Shown: piece by piece, positions 37,727 to 47,546 of the stretch
How positions within the stretch are numbered: position 1 is the first letter of the stretch
Layout of the letters: each line of letters opens with the position of its first letter
Source of the DNA: a virus
Lineage: Duplodnaviria; Caudoviricetes
Virus record (IMG/VR): IMGVR_UViG_3300042294_005616
Coordinates: 1-57,255 of that record
Length of the DNA stretch: 57,255 nt
Strand: one strand, 5' to 3'
The notes under the pieces: model-generated
The model's input: the letters and a program-made list of their open reading frames with translations, nothing else
Databases searched by the model: none
Told to the model about the DNA's origin: nothing
Program-made: the position numbers and the translations under genes

Positions 37727-38700
37727 TGAGTTTTAACTACAAAACAATTTTTATTACCGGAGGCACTGGTTCACTAGGAAAAGCGCTTATTAAACGTTTA
37801 AAACAATTTGATTGTAAGATAATTGTTTATAGTAGAGATGAAGGTAAACAAGCATTAGAATTTGGAAATGATCCTTCAATTATCCGAGTTATTGGAGATA
37901 TTCGTGATTTTGATAAACTAAATATTACCCTTAAACGCTATAAACCAGATTATATCATCCATACAGCTGCATTGAAACGCATTGACGATATGGAATTTTA
38001 CCCAGATGAATGTGTTAAAACAAATATCAACGGTTCGGAAAATGTAGCTCGAGCAGCTTTAGAAAACAATATTCAAAAGTGTATTTTAGTTTCAACTGAT
38101 AAAGCATGTCAACCTGTAAACGTATATGGTTCAAGTAAATTCATTGCTGAACGTATATTTACAAACTATGACTATCATTCTAAATCAACAATTTTTGCTT
38201 CTGTTCGTTATGGAAATGTAATTGCATCACGTGGATCATTTATCCCACTTTGGATTAATATGATTAACAATGATCAAATATTAAAAGTAACATCTGAAGA
38301 TATGACTCGATTCTTGTTTACTTTGGATGATGCTGTTGATACTGTTTTGGGAGCATTAGAGAATGCTATTGGTGGTGAAGTATTTGTTCCTCAAATCAAT
38401 TCATACACATTGCCTACTTGTATTAAGGCATTAGGTAAAATGCTTGATAAAGAACCGAAAACCTCATTAGTAGGTCTTCGTCCTGGAGAAAAACTTCATG
38501 AAGATATGTTAGCCAAAACAGAACTTGATTTTACCTACCAAGTACCAGGAATTAATCTACTTCAAATTCGTCCTCAATACACAAATAAAACCCATCAAAC
38601 CTTTGAAAAATACACAGGCCCTGAATTTAACTCAGAATTGTGGGTAAAAGAAAATATTGAAGAATTAACTGAATTAATTAAAAAAGGATTATCTTGTTAA
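37723..38700 (+). CDS. pseB: UDP-GlcNAc 4,6-dehydratase (PseB-like)
   Basis: TGGTGSLG, SRDE.KQ, AALK, STDKA..P.N.YG.SK, RYGNV..SRGS, RPGEKLHE. Confidence 0.87.
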   Translation: MMSFNYKTIFITGGTGSLGKALIKRLKQFDCKIIVYSRDEGKQALEFGNDPSIIRVIGDIRDFDKLNITLKRYKPDYIIHTAALKRIDDMEFYPDECVKTNINGSENVARAALENNIQKCILVSTDKACQPVNVYGSSKFIAERIFTNYDYHSKSTIFASVRYGNVIASRGSFIPLWINMINNDQILKVTSEDMTRFLFTLDDAVDTVLGALENAIGGEVFVPQINSYTLPTCIKALGKMLDKEPKTSLVGLRPGEKLHEDMLAKTELDFTYQVPGINLLQIRPQYTNKTHQTFEKYTGPEFNSELWVKENIEELTELIKKGLSC

Positions 38701-38701
38701 T

Positions 38702-39706
38702 ATGAAAGTCTTACAACATACTTTTTCACCAACAGCTTTAGATAATATTCAACAAGTTGTTCAATCTGGAGATATGGGATTTGGATCAAATGTAAATATA
38801 TTTGAAACCGCTATTAAATCCTCCACTAATAAAAACCATAATATTGCCCTCAATTCAGCTTCTGCTGCTGCATTTATAGTTTTTGCTTATTTAAAAGAAA
38901 AGTATGGTGTTTGTGATGTATATGTTCCTTCTTTAACATTTACTTCTCCTGTTTGGTCTGCAAAACATTTTGGACATAATGTAATTTTTGTAGATGTAAA
39001 TGATGAGTTACTATTTGATTTAACTCATTATAAAAAATTAAGACAAATTTGTAGTGAACGTTATGTTGATACTGGGGTTAAACCTGTATTAATGCCTACT
39101 CTTTATGGAGGTGTTTCAAACATTGATGGATTTGACTCTCTTCATTTAGATAATTATAATGAAATAGTAGTTGTAGATGCAGCACATTGTCCTCATCCAA
39201 CTATAAAAAGTGATTTTGTATTTACTTCATTCCACCCCACAAAACCTATTTGCAGTCCTGATGGGGGAATGCTTTCAACCGATATAGAAGAAGCAGCTGA
39301 ATATTTTAGAAGCTATAGAAATTTTGGACGCCAACCAGCTCAAGGAGGATATGATATAACTCAGGAAGGATTTAAATTTTATATGAATAATTTAAGTGCT
39401 ACTATTGCTCTAGAAAGTTTTAAAACGTATGAAAATAACCTTGCTAACCGAATTAAAACTTTTGAATTTATTCAAGATAAATTTGAAGGTAGATTTTTAA
39501 AACATGACCCAAAATCTTCCTATTACTTTGCTACTTTGATTACAGATGAAGCAGAACAAATAAACTCAAAATATGGTTTAGCAGTCCATTACCCTTTACT
39601 CCATAAAACTCAGTATTATGGGGATTGTACTTTACCTAATACAGAACGATTACATTCAAAAATAGTTAATTTGCCTTTATATGACATCAACATTTATAAT
39701 AGCTGA
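38702..39706 (+). CDS. pseC: DegT/PseC-like PLP sugar aminotransferase
   Basis: VDAAH, SFHPTK..DGGM, R.FG, HYP. Confidence 0.8.
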   Translation: MKVLQHTFSPTALDNIQQVVQSGDMGFGSNVNIFETAIKSSTNKNHNIALNSASAAAFIVFAYLKEKYGVCDVYVPSLTFTSPVWSAKHFGHNVIFVDVNDELLFDLTHYKKLRQICSERYVDTGVKPVLMPTLYGGVSNIDGFDSLHLDNYNEIVVVDAAHCPHPTIKSDFVFTSFHPTKPICSPDGGMLSTDIEEAAEYFRSYRNFGRQPAQGGYDITQEGFKFYMNNLSATIALESFKTYENNLANRIKTFEFIQDKFEGRFLKHDPKSSYYFATLITDEAEQINSKYGLAVHYPLLHKTQYYGDCTLPNTERLHSKIVNLPLYDINIYNS

Positions 39707-40655
39707 AGCAGGAGCTAATCATAATAAAAATTTTAATCAAGCCCTTGCTTTGATTGATGTAGCCGTTGAATCAGGAGCATCCGCTTGTAAATTTCAAACA
39801 TATTCATCAAATACACTTTATAGTAAAAATACTCCTAATTTTGCAGGTTATACAAATATTAATAAATTAATTGATGATATAGCTTTACCTCGTGAATGGC
39901 AAAAAGATTTAAAACAATATTGTGATAAAAAAGGTATTGAATTTATGTCAACACCATTTGATGAGCAAGCAGTTGATGAATTAGTCAGTTTAGGAGTTAA
40001 ACGATTAAAAATTGCTGGGTTTGAATCAACTGATTTTCGATTTGTTGAAATGGTTGCTTCAACTAAATTACCTTTAGTTGTATCTTTAGGTATTGGGTTT
40101 GAAATGAATTACTTAGGTAAAATATTTGAAATAGCAGATAAATACGGAAATGATTTAACATTAATGCATTGTAATAATGCTTATCCTACTCCAATGAAAG
40201 ATGTAGGATTAAAAACAATTCAATCACTAGCACTTAATCATAGATATAAAACTGGATTTTCTGATCATACAATGTCTACTTTAACTCCTGCTTTAGCTGT
40301 AGTTATGGGAGCAACAGTAATCGAAAAACATTTCACATTAAGCCAACATTTACCAGGCCCTGATCATCCATTTGCTTTAGAACCAAATCAATTGAAAGAA
40401 ATGGTTGATTTAATTAAACAAGCAGAATTAACTCTCATACCTCAATTAAGTACATTTTCCGAATCAGAACAAGCATTCAAACCAGCAATGCGTTCAGTAG
40501 TAGCTAAAACTAACATTAAAAAAGGAGATATATTAACTACAGATAATATTACTACTAAACGTCCATTTTTAGAAGGTAATACACCCGCAAAACATTTTGA
40601 ATTTACTTTAGGTAAAATAGCTGATAAAGATTATAACGAAGACGATTTTATATGA
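39681..40655 (+). CDS. pseI: NeuB/PseI-family synthase with a C-terminal SAF domain
   Basis: IIAEAGANH, KFQTY, STPFD, HC...YP, GFSDHT, IEKHFT, RSVVA...IKKG. Confidence 0.8.
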   Translation: MTSTFIIAEAGANHNKNFNQALALIDVAVESGASACKFQTYSSNTLYSKNTPNFAGYTNINKLIDDIALPREWQKDLKQYCDKKGIEFMSTPFDEQAVDELVSLGVKRLKIAGFESTDFRFVEMVASTKLPLVVSLGIGFEMNYLGKIFEIADKYGNDLTLMHCNNAYPTPMKDVGLKTIQSLALNHRYKTGFSDHTMSTLTPALAVVMGATVIEKHFTLSQHLPGPDHPFALEPNQLKEMVDLIKQAELTLIPQLSTFSESEQAFKPAMRSVVAKTNIKKGDILTTDNITTKRPFLEGNTPAKHFEFTLGKIADKDYNEDDFI

Positions 40656-41380
40656 AAATACTTTATTTAGGATATCCTGAAAATCCAATTCATTTATTTT
40701 TAAAAACAAAAGGCACGGTATTCCAAACCCAAGAAAAAATGTCTTTTGAAATTAGTCAATTTGACTGGGTAGTTAGTTACGGGTATTCTCATATTATTAA
40801 ACAAGAGATAATTGATAAAGCAAAAAATCCAATTATTAATCTACATATTTCATATTTACCTTTTAATAGGGGTGCAGATCCTAATTTTTGGAGTTGGTTT
40901 GAAAATACTCCAAAAGGAGTTACTATTCATCAAATTGATAAAGGAATTGATACAGGGGATATTTTTATTCAAAAAGAAGTATATTTTAAAGGAAATGAAA
41001 CTTTATCTTCTTCATATGAAATGTTAAAAAAAGAAATTGAAGATTTATTTATAGAAAACTTTGATAACATAATTCAAGGTATTATATTCCCTAAAAAACA
41101 AAATGGAAAAGGTACTTTCCACTCAAAAAGAGATTTAGACAAATACACCTATTTATTTACCCAAGGTTGGAATACACCTGTTAATCAAATTAAAATGACT
41201 GATTTAGAAATTATTGATGAAATTGAAAAAGTAAGAAGTAAAAACAATGTAAATTGGATGGATATTTTACGTTTAGCTTTTCAACATGCCCCTAGTGAAG
41301 CTAGAAAAATTATGGCTAAGATTAATAAAGATGATAATAGAATTTCTGAACTTTTAGAACAACTCTCAAACAATGGATAA
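40652..41380 (+). CDS. N10-formyl-THF sugar N-formyltransferase with an extra C-terminal helical domain
   Basis: INLH.SYLP..RG..P, GVTIH.ID.GIDTG.I. Confidence 0.82.
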   Translation: MKILYLGYPENPIHLFLKTKGTVFQTQEKMSFEISQFDWVVSYGYSHIIKQEIIDKAKNPIINLHISYLPFNRGADPNFWSWFENTPKGVTIHQIDKGIDTGDIFIQKEVYFKGNETLSSSYEMLKKEIEDLFIENFDNIIQGIIFPKKQNGKGTFHSKRDLDKYTYLFTQGWNTPVNQIKMTDLEIIDEIEKVRSKNNVNWMDILRLAFQHAPSEARKIMAKINKDDNRISELLEQLSNNG

Positions 41381-42059
41381 TAAAAACATAAACGACATTT
41401 GTATTATAGTTCAAGCAAGAATGGGTTCCCAACGTGTACCTGGTAAAATGCTTAGACCATTTGCAGATACTACTTTAACAGATATTCTGTTTGACAAGTT
41501 AACTAAATCAACCATCATCCCTAAATCCAATATTTACTTTTCAGCTTATGAAGATGAATTGAAAGAAGTAGGAAAAAAACATGGAATTAATATTTTTGAT
41601 CGTTCTAAAGAATCAGCATTTGCTGAAACTGATATGAAATTGATTTATGAATGGTATAACAAACTTCCATTTAAATATATTGTTTTAGTTAGTGCTTGTA
41701 ATCCACTCTTAACAATTGAAACAATTGATGGATTTCTCAAATCATTTATTGAGTCAGATAAAGAAGGAGCATTTGCTGTGTTTGAGAAAAAAACATATTA
41801 TTGGGATAAACAAGGTAAGCCCATTACTGACTGGCAAGGGGTTAGTATCATGAATACAAAAAATGTTGAACCAATATATGAAGCTGCTCATTGCTTATAC
41901 GCCAGCCGTTTAGACATTATTGAACAAGGATATTGGATGGATACAAATTATCCCCCACAACCCGAATTATTTGTAATGAAAGAACTCGAAGCATTCGATA
42001 TTGATTATGAATGGCAATTCCAGTTAGGAGAACAACTTTATAAAATGGATATATGTTAA
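41373..42059 (+). CDS. neuA: CMP-nonulosonate synthetase (NeuA/PseF-like cytidylyltransferase)
   Basis: ARMGSQRVPGK, FDID..WQF. Confidence 0.82.
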   Translation: MDNKNINDICIIVQARMGSQRVPGKMLRPFADTTLTDILFDKLTKSTIIPKSNIYFSAYEDELKEVGKKHGINIFDRSKESAFAETDMKLIYEWYNKLPFKYIVLVSACNPLLTIETIDGFLKSFIESDKEGAFAVFEKKTYYWDKQGKPITDWQGVSIMNTKNVEPIYEAAHCLYASRLDIIEQGYWMDTNYPPQPELFVMKELEAFDIDYEWQFQLGEQLYKMDIC

Positions 42060-42772
42060 AATTTTTAGAAACTAATTCAACAGTAATATCCCAAGATACT
42101 TTTACCAATAAATTTACAGGTAAAAAAGTATTAGTAATGGGTTCTGGTCCGTCTGTTAATTTAGTAAATTGGAAAAATTTAGATCATGATTGTATTGTAA
42201 CTACAAGTTTTTTCTATTTAAATGATGAAATTCGAAATTTACCCAATATAACTCATATTACTTTAACTGATATAGTAGATTTAGAGCATCCTAATTTGAT
42301 TGAATTTTTAACCAAAAACCCTACTTGTACAGTAGCATTTGAACCTAAATCTCATCCATTTTACGAAACTGAAAAATATAAAAAATTTATTCAAAAGTAT
42401 AAAGAACAAATCATTTACTACAATACTCAATATGGTAAAAAAGAAGGTGTGGCAGGAAGAGTATGCTATTTTGTAATCCAATTTTCCCCATCAGATTTGT
42501 ATTACGTAGGTATAGATGGAAAAAGTCCAAATCCTGAAAGTGATCCTCAAAATGCTTTTCGAACTCATTTAAGAGGGGATGCAGATGGATACCCACAAAA
42601 AGAATTTGTTGAATCTCATGAATATTTTACAAATATATTATATCAAACAAGTTTACAAACAGAAACAAAAATATACAATTTAGGAGAAGGATTTGAATTT
42701 AATTGCTCAACTCCATACAGTCAACAATATTTCCCATTAAGTGAAGAAATTAAACAAAAAATAAAATTATGA
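42053..42772 (+). CDS. Putative nonulosonyl/sialyltransferase-like protein (Maf/DUF115 or GT42-like)
   Basis: VLVMGSGPS, YVGID, IYNL; adjacent to neuA. Confidence 0.55.
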   Translation: MLKFLETNSTVISQDTFTNKFTGKKVLVMGSGPSVNLVNWKNLDHDCIVTTSFFYLNDEIRNLPNITHITLTDIVDLEHPNLIEFLTKNPTCTVAFEPKSHPFYETEKYKKFIQKYKEQIIYYNTQYGKKEGVAGRVCYFVIQFSPSDLYYVGIDGKSPNPESDPQNAFRTHLRGDADGYPQKEFVESHEYFTNILYQTSLQTETKIYNLGEGFEFNCSTPYSQQYFPLSEEIKQKIKL

Positions 42773-43725
42773 TTGACTTAGAAAACAAAGATATTTTTGA
42801 AATCTCAGAAATCCTTTTAGCTGATGTAAAAGATACACTAAAAGATATAAGTGGATATTCATTAGAAGAATTATTTAATGAAATGGTAAATTCAACCCCT
42901 TCCATTATTAATGATATCTTTTCATCAGAAAAAATAATTAAAAGTTCACCTTTAGTAAAAAAAGGTATTTACCCATACAGAGCAATTTTAAGTGAAAAAA
43001 CAGTCCAGTATAGAAGAGAAAAATTAGGATTGCATACCCATCCTAAATTCAATGAGTGGGATAAAACAGGATGTGTTATTATTGAAAATTTTCTAAACCA
43101 AGATTATTTCACTCAATTACAAAACCATTTAAACCAGGATAAAAAATCAGGATTTTCTATTGATTTTTCTCAAAATAAAGAATTTATTGATTTAGTTAAA
43201 ATGTGTTTAGCCACCCCTGAAAATGAAGGTTATCATCCCTCATTAGGTTCAGAACACATCATTCACTATTCTAATGATGATCAAGTAAACCTCCACTCAG
43301 ACATTTTTCATCCAAATCTTAAAATCTGGTTATATGTGAATGATTGTAATCTAGAAAATGGTCCATATTCATTTGTATTTGGTAGTCATAAAAAGACCCC
43401 AGAAATGTTAGAATTTATTCATAAACAAGGATTAATATGGGATGAAGGTCCTTCCCATCCAGAATTTTTTAATTATAATTCTTCCCCAACAGCTATAGGT
43501 TCTCCTAGGGTATTTCGAAGTGAAAATTGTGACAACAACAATATAGAACAAACAAATCAAGAACTTCAAAAATTAAATTTACCCCCAACTACTGTAATAG
43601 AAGCTAAACAAAATACAATTATATTTACAGATACTACAGGTTTTCATGCCCGTGGATATGCAAATCCTGGAGCTGAAAGATATTCTTTGAGAAATACATT
43701 TCGAATTAATCCTTTTATGATATGA
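42769..43725 (+). CDS. PhyH-like Fe(II)/2-oxoglutarate dioxygenase
   Basis: HSD, NGP...V.GSH, distal H.RG, R. Confidence 0.75.
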   Translation: MIDLENKDIFEISEILLADVKDTLKDISGYSLEELFNEMVNSTPSIINDIFSSEKIIKSSPLVKKGIYPYRAILSEKTVQYRREKLGLHTHPKFNEWDKTGCVIIENFLNQDYFTQLQNHLNQDKKSGFSIDFSQNKEFIDLVKMCLATPENEGYHPSLGSEHIIHYSNDDQVNLHSDIFHPNLKIWLYVNDCNLENGPYSFVFGSHKKTPEMLEFIHKQGLIWDEGPSHPEFFNYNSSPTAIGSPRVFRSENCDNNNIEQTNQELQKLNLPPTTVIEAKQNTIIFTDTTGFHARGYANPGAERYSLRNTFRINPFMI

Positions 43726-44894
43726 AACAAATAACATTTTGCATCCCCAGTAAAACAAACTTACGTTACCTTAAAACATGTATTCCTTCAATTCGAGAAA
43801 ATGCATCTCGAAATGACCATGAAATCATCATTTTTGTTGATTCAGATGAAGATGGAACGATTGAATGGTTAGAGCAAGTAAAAGACGAGTATAACTTAAG
43901 ATATTTTGTTAATCCAAATTTAGGTGAAAGTCTATATGGGATTGGTAAAGCATATGATTACTGTGTTGAACAATCTACAACAGATGTTTTCATGATATTC
44001 CATGCTGATATGATGTTGGGTAAAGATGCTGATTTAAAAGCATTTAACCATTTAAAATCTAAAACCGTTGTATGTGCCACTCGCATTGAACCACCTTTAC
44101 ATCCAAATAATGGTGAAAAGATATTGATTGATTTTGGAATGTACCCCGAAGAATTTAAACAAGATGAGTTTAATCAGTATGTAAACGAACACCTTGAAGA
44201 TAATAAAATCACAAATGGTATTTTTGCACCTTGGATGATGTATAAAGAAGAATTTTTGGAAATGGGTGGACATGATCCAATTATGCATTCATGTAGAGAA
44301 GATTCGGATGTATTTAATCGAATGAAGCTGAATGGATTTGAATTTATTCAACCTTGGAATTCATTAGTATATCACTTAACAGGTAGAGGAGCAGGTAGTT
44401 TTGATGGTGATAAAGAAAGACATGAGCAGTGGAGAAAAGATATGGATAAATCTACGTTAGAATTTATTCGTAAATGGGGTTCAAACGTAAATCATACTGC
44501 ATTGATGGAACCTATCGTTGTACCAAAATATAATATTGCTTATGTAGTTAAAAATTGTCCTGGTCAATTACTCTCTACTCTAGAACCATGGTGTGATCGT
44601 ATTTATATTGAAAACCAAGAAATAGTAGATATCTATATTGATCGAGAACAAGAAAATACTTCATTTGATTTAACTAAACGAGTATTCTCCCTAAACCTTA
44701 ATACCCCAGAATGGGAAAATGATATAGTAATTGAATTTGATGCTATTAAATTAAACCAACAAAATTTTCAACTATTAATGCAAATGCCTGGTATTATTCA
44801 AGATAGTGGAGAGGTTGGAGAATTTGAAATCGACATATTTAGAGTCATAATAAACCATGTTGAAGAATATCAAAATAATCTAATTAAATTATGA
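43722..44894 (+). CDS. GT2 family glycosyltransferase
   Basis: ITFCIP, FVD...DGT.EW, HAD, GG.D, EDSD...R, YH, F.RKWG. Confidence 0.85.
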   Translation: MKQITFCIPSKTNLRYLKTCIPSIRENASRNDHEIIIFVDSDEDGTIEWLEQVKDEYNLRYFVNPNLGESLYGIGKAYDYCVEQSTTDVFMIFHADMMLGKDADLKAFNHLKSKTVVCATRIEPPLHPNNGEKILIDFGMYPEEFKQDEFNQYVNEHLEDNKITNGIFAPWMMYKEEFLEMGGHDPIMHSCREDSDVFNRMKLNGFEFIQPWNSLVYHLTGRGAGSFDGDKERHEQWRKDMDKSTLEFIRKWGSNVNHTALMEPIVVPKYNIAYVVKNCPGQLLSTLEPWCDRIYIENQEIVDIYIDREQENTSFDLTKRVFSLNLNTPEWENDIVIEFDAIKLNQQNFQLLMQMPGIIQDSGEVGEFEIDIFRVIINHVEEYQNNLIKL

Positions 44895-45067
44895 AACCAT
44901 TTATCTATTACAGCAAATTTGACCCAAAACAAGAACCACACGGTAAACTTGAAGCAATTAACCTAGAAGATGCTATATTGTTAGCATCTCATTATAAAGA
45001 AATGTCTGTAGAAGATTTTCTTAAAATATTTGAAGTAAAAGAATGGAAGAGAAATTCAAAAATTTAA
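44891..45067 (+). CDS. Small hypothetical protein (58 aa)
   Basis: Read manually (MKPFIYYSKFD..NSKI*); overlaps both neighbours. Confidence 0.45.
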   Translation: MKPFIYYSKFDPKQEPHGKLEAINLEDAILLASHYKEMSVEDFLKIFEVKEWKRNSKI

Positions 45068-45426
45068 GTGATGTATTTGGGAACCTATCTAAAGTAGAAG
45101 AAAGTCCAAAATCAATCAAGAAAAAAGACGAAACGTTTTTGATGGATTTGCTTGAGCAACTTTGTCAAATTGAAGCAGTAAGTGCTGTAGTTCGTACAAT
45201 TGGCATTCAAGCAGATAAATACGAAAACCCATTTTATATCTCAATTAAAATGTTAATGCAAAAGCATTATGGTGATATGAAAACAGAAATTATTTTGTGG
45301 TGGGTATTTGACAGTTTAACACCTGAGGGAGATGTTTATCCATTAGTAGATGAAGATGGAACTAAACACATCTTAAAAACCCCTCAGCAATTATGGAAAT
45401 TTTTAAAAAAATATGATGGAAAGTAG
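45043..45426 (+). CDS. Hypothetical protein
   Basis: Intact ORF; I.WW, TP..LW.FL. Confidence 0.55.
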   Translation: MEEKFKNLSDVFGNLSKVEESPKSIKKKDETFLMDLLEQLCQIEAVSAVVRTIGIQADKYENPFYISIKMLMQKHYGDMKTEIILWWVFDSLTPEGDVYPLVDEDGTKHILKTPQQLWKFLKKYDGK

Positions 45427-45730
45427 ATTATGCATTAAATGTAGACAGGAAATTAACCCACTACGTTTGAAAGCACTCCCAACAGCTAAAACATGTGTTG
45501 ATTGCTCAACAACAGGAGCAAAACGAGGAGTACCAATGATGTTTGGAGAGAAAGATCATACATGGACAGACATGGTAATCATGGAGGCAGATGAATTTGA
45601 CCGCTTTGAAAAAGCAGCTAAACAAAAAGCAACATTTGACACTCTAGATAAAACAGAAATGAATATGGATGGCGATGATGATGGGTCCTCTTGGGACAAC
45701 ACATTGCTTGATGGATTAGAAGACATGTAA
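45413..45730 (+). CDS. DksA/TraR-type C4 zinc-finger protein with an acidic tail
   Basis: CIKC..EI...RL.ALP.A..CVDC. Confidence 0.78.
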   Translation: MMESRLCIKCRQEINPLRLKALPTAKTCVDCSTTGAKRGVPMMFGEKDHTWTDMVIMEADEFDRFEKAAKQKATFDTLDKTEMNMDGDDDGSSWDNTLLDGLEDM

Positions 45731-45731
45731 T

Positions 45732-46385
45732 ATGGCACAAGCAAAACCGATATCAAAAGAGGATTGCCTACGAGCAATGAGACATACTCGCTCGGTTAAA
45801 GCAGCTGCTCGTTACTTAAATTGTTCTTACCAGCATCTCAAACCATTTATGAAGGCATACAAGGATGAAGCCACAGGTGAATCCTTGTTTGACATGCACA
45901 AAAACCAATCAGGTAAAGGTATTCCAAAATTCATGAGTCATACTCCATTTGGAAAAAAATTACCTGCAATTGAGGATATTGTTAATGGAATAGAAGACCC
46001 ATCATCATTCTCCCCTGAAAAACTCAAATTCAGGCTGGTTGAAGCTGGTTATATGATTGAACAGTGTTATTGGTGTGGATATGATGAAAAACGTGAATCG
46101 GATGGTAAAATTCCATTAATCATGTTCTTTAAAGATGGAAACAAGCACAACTATCGAGATGGAAACTCCCAATTATCGTGCTATAACTGTTATTTTCTGC
46201 GCTTAGGAAACGTGTTTACTGAACGTGACATAGAATCGATTGAAGGTCATCAAACGGTTTATAAAACAACTGAAATGGTAGATTTTCAATTAGATGATTA
46301 TCAACAAAAACGTTTAAAAGAACTAGGTTTGTGGGATGGTAAAGTAGAAGATGACCCTTATTCACTCGTTTCCAGAAAAAAATAA
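45732..46385 (+). CDS. HTH plus degenerate HNH zinc-finger protein
   Basis: S...AARYLNCSY (HTH); CYWCG..F.DGN..N...N..L.CYNC. Confidence 0.65.
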   Translation: MAQAKPISKEDCLRAMRHTRSVKAAARYLNCSYQHLKPFMKAYKDEATGESLFDMHKNQSGKGIPKFMSHTPFGKKLPAIEDIVNGIEDPSSFSPEKLKFRLVEAGYMIEQCYWCGYDEKRESDGKIPLIMFFKDGNKHNYRDGNSQLSCYNCYFLRLGNVFTERDIESIEGHQTVYKTTEMVDFQLDDYQQKRLKELGLWDGKVEDDPYSLVSRKK

Positions 46386-46398
46386 TATTTATTACTGA

Positions 46399-46554
46399 AT
46401 GAAAAAGAAAAAACATAGCAAAATAGTAAATGACTATGATAAGCAAAAGTCAAAACATCTTGAGCGTTTAGCCAATAAGATGTTGGAGAATGACGAAAAG
46501 CTTAGTAAATTGAAGGGAAAAAATATTAACACCGACTTTTTAAATTTATTTTGA
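46399..46554 (+). CDS. Small basic protein (51 aa)
   Basis: Read manually (MKKKKHSK..FLNLF*), after TAATATTTATT. Confidence 0.45.
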   Translation: MKKKKHSKIVNDYDKQKSKHLERLANKMLENDEKLSKLKGKNINTDFLNLF

Positions 46555-46555
46555 T

Positions 46556-46861
46556 ATGGCAGAGGAAATTAGTGTATTCGACAGTGATGAATTTGAACAG
46601 TTGGTTGCTAGCCGCGACTTGAGAATTTCAAAAGCATTAGTAGAAACAATCTTGAAAAACCTAAACGGTAGAAAAAGACACATTCACGCTCTATCTGTTC
46701 TAGTTGAGCAAGAACAAACCATGTACGATATAACCATTGATCGTCAAGAATTTATAACCACATTAGAACAAAACCTACCAGTTTATGAAAAACATGAACT
46801 GTATGAGGGATGTGCTGAGATAGTTAATGCAATTAAGGTTTTAAAAGAAAAGAAAAAATAA
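46556..46861 (+). CDS. Hypothetical protein with a UVR-like C-terminal motif
   Basis: YEKHELYEGCAEI. Confidence 0.55.
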   Translation: MAEEISVFDSDEFEQLVASRDLRISKALVETILKNLNGRKRHIHALSVLVEQEQTMYDITIDRQEFITTLEQNLPVYEKHELYEGCAEIVNAIKVLKEKKK

Positions 46862-46862
46862 T

Positions 46863-46891
46863 TTGGTTATCTGATCTTTTGTTCGTATATT
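46863..46891 (+). promoter_or_regulatory. Early promoter TTG-N20-TATATT
   Basis: TTG at 46863, TTCGTATATT at 46882. Confidence 0.6.
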
Positions 46892-46908
46892 AAAGCAAAT
46901 AAAAGGTT

Positions 46909-47358
46909 ATGTTAAAGGAATTAAGAATAGTTTATGAAGATGGTACAAAATATACAAAAATTGTTCATAACAGTAATGCTAGTATTAAGCCTAGACGTGA
47001 CAAGATTAGACATTGTGAGTGTGGACCATTCAAATATAGAGTAGAAAAACATCCATACCTTTGTGTTTCAATCATTAAATTTGGAAACAGACATTTCATT
47101 TACCCAGCAGGTATACCTTGTATCCCTGAAACAACGTTAGATGATATTGAGGTAATTGAAAGCAACAAACCAAAAGTGGTTGTTGAAAAACCACAAAAAC
47201 CAAAATGGATGTTTGAATCATCAAGCGGAGATGGTTTCTATCAAGTAATTGAAAACATGGGTAAACTAAAATGTAATTGCCCTGGAACTTGGAGAGCCAA
47301 AGACAGAAGATGTAAACACATAAAAGAAGTAGAACAAGAACTAAATAAAACAAAATGA
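46909..47358 (+). CDS. SWIM zinc-finger protein
   Basis: SSSG..Y.V, CNCPG..CKHI. Confidence 0.75.
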   Translation: MLKELRIVYEDGTKYTKIVHNSNASIKPRRDKIRHCECGPFKYRVEKHPYLCVSIIKFGNRHFIYPAGIPCIPETTLDDIEVIESNKPKVVVEKPQKPKWMFESSSGDGFYQVIENMGKLKCNCPGTWRAKDRRCKHIKEVEQELNKTK

Positions 47359-47546
47359 GTAAAACAAGTGCAAAACAAAAAGTAGAACAATTAAAAGAAT
47401 GGATTAGTTGGATTACATTTCAAGCAAAAAAGAATAGTAAACGTAAGTAAGATACCCTGTCAAGGTAGGTTAAAAAAATCGCTGATGGAAACATCGAAGG
47501 TGTGTAATGCTAGCAGCACCGCAGGTTAAGCGATGTCCTGCAACAT

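Noticed and set aside
40652-41380. Formyltransferase as a DNA preQ1 formylase (DpdN-like)
   Set aside because: It sits between NeuB and NeuA in the sugar cluster, and no QueF to make preQ1 is present in this window
28964-44894. Bacterial O-antigen or capsule locus (i.e. the window is chromosomal)
   Set aside because: No wzx/wzy/wzz or export genes; flanked by phage genes and driven by the same promoter motif as the rest of the window
45732-46385. Active mobile HNH homing endonuclease
   Set aside because: The catalytic His position appears to be substituted; kept only as a degenerate-domain finding
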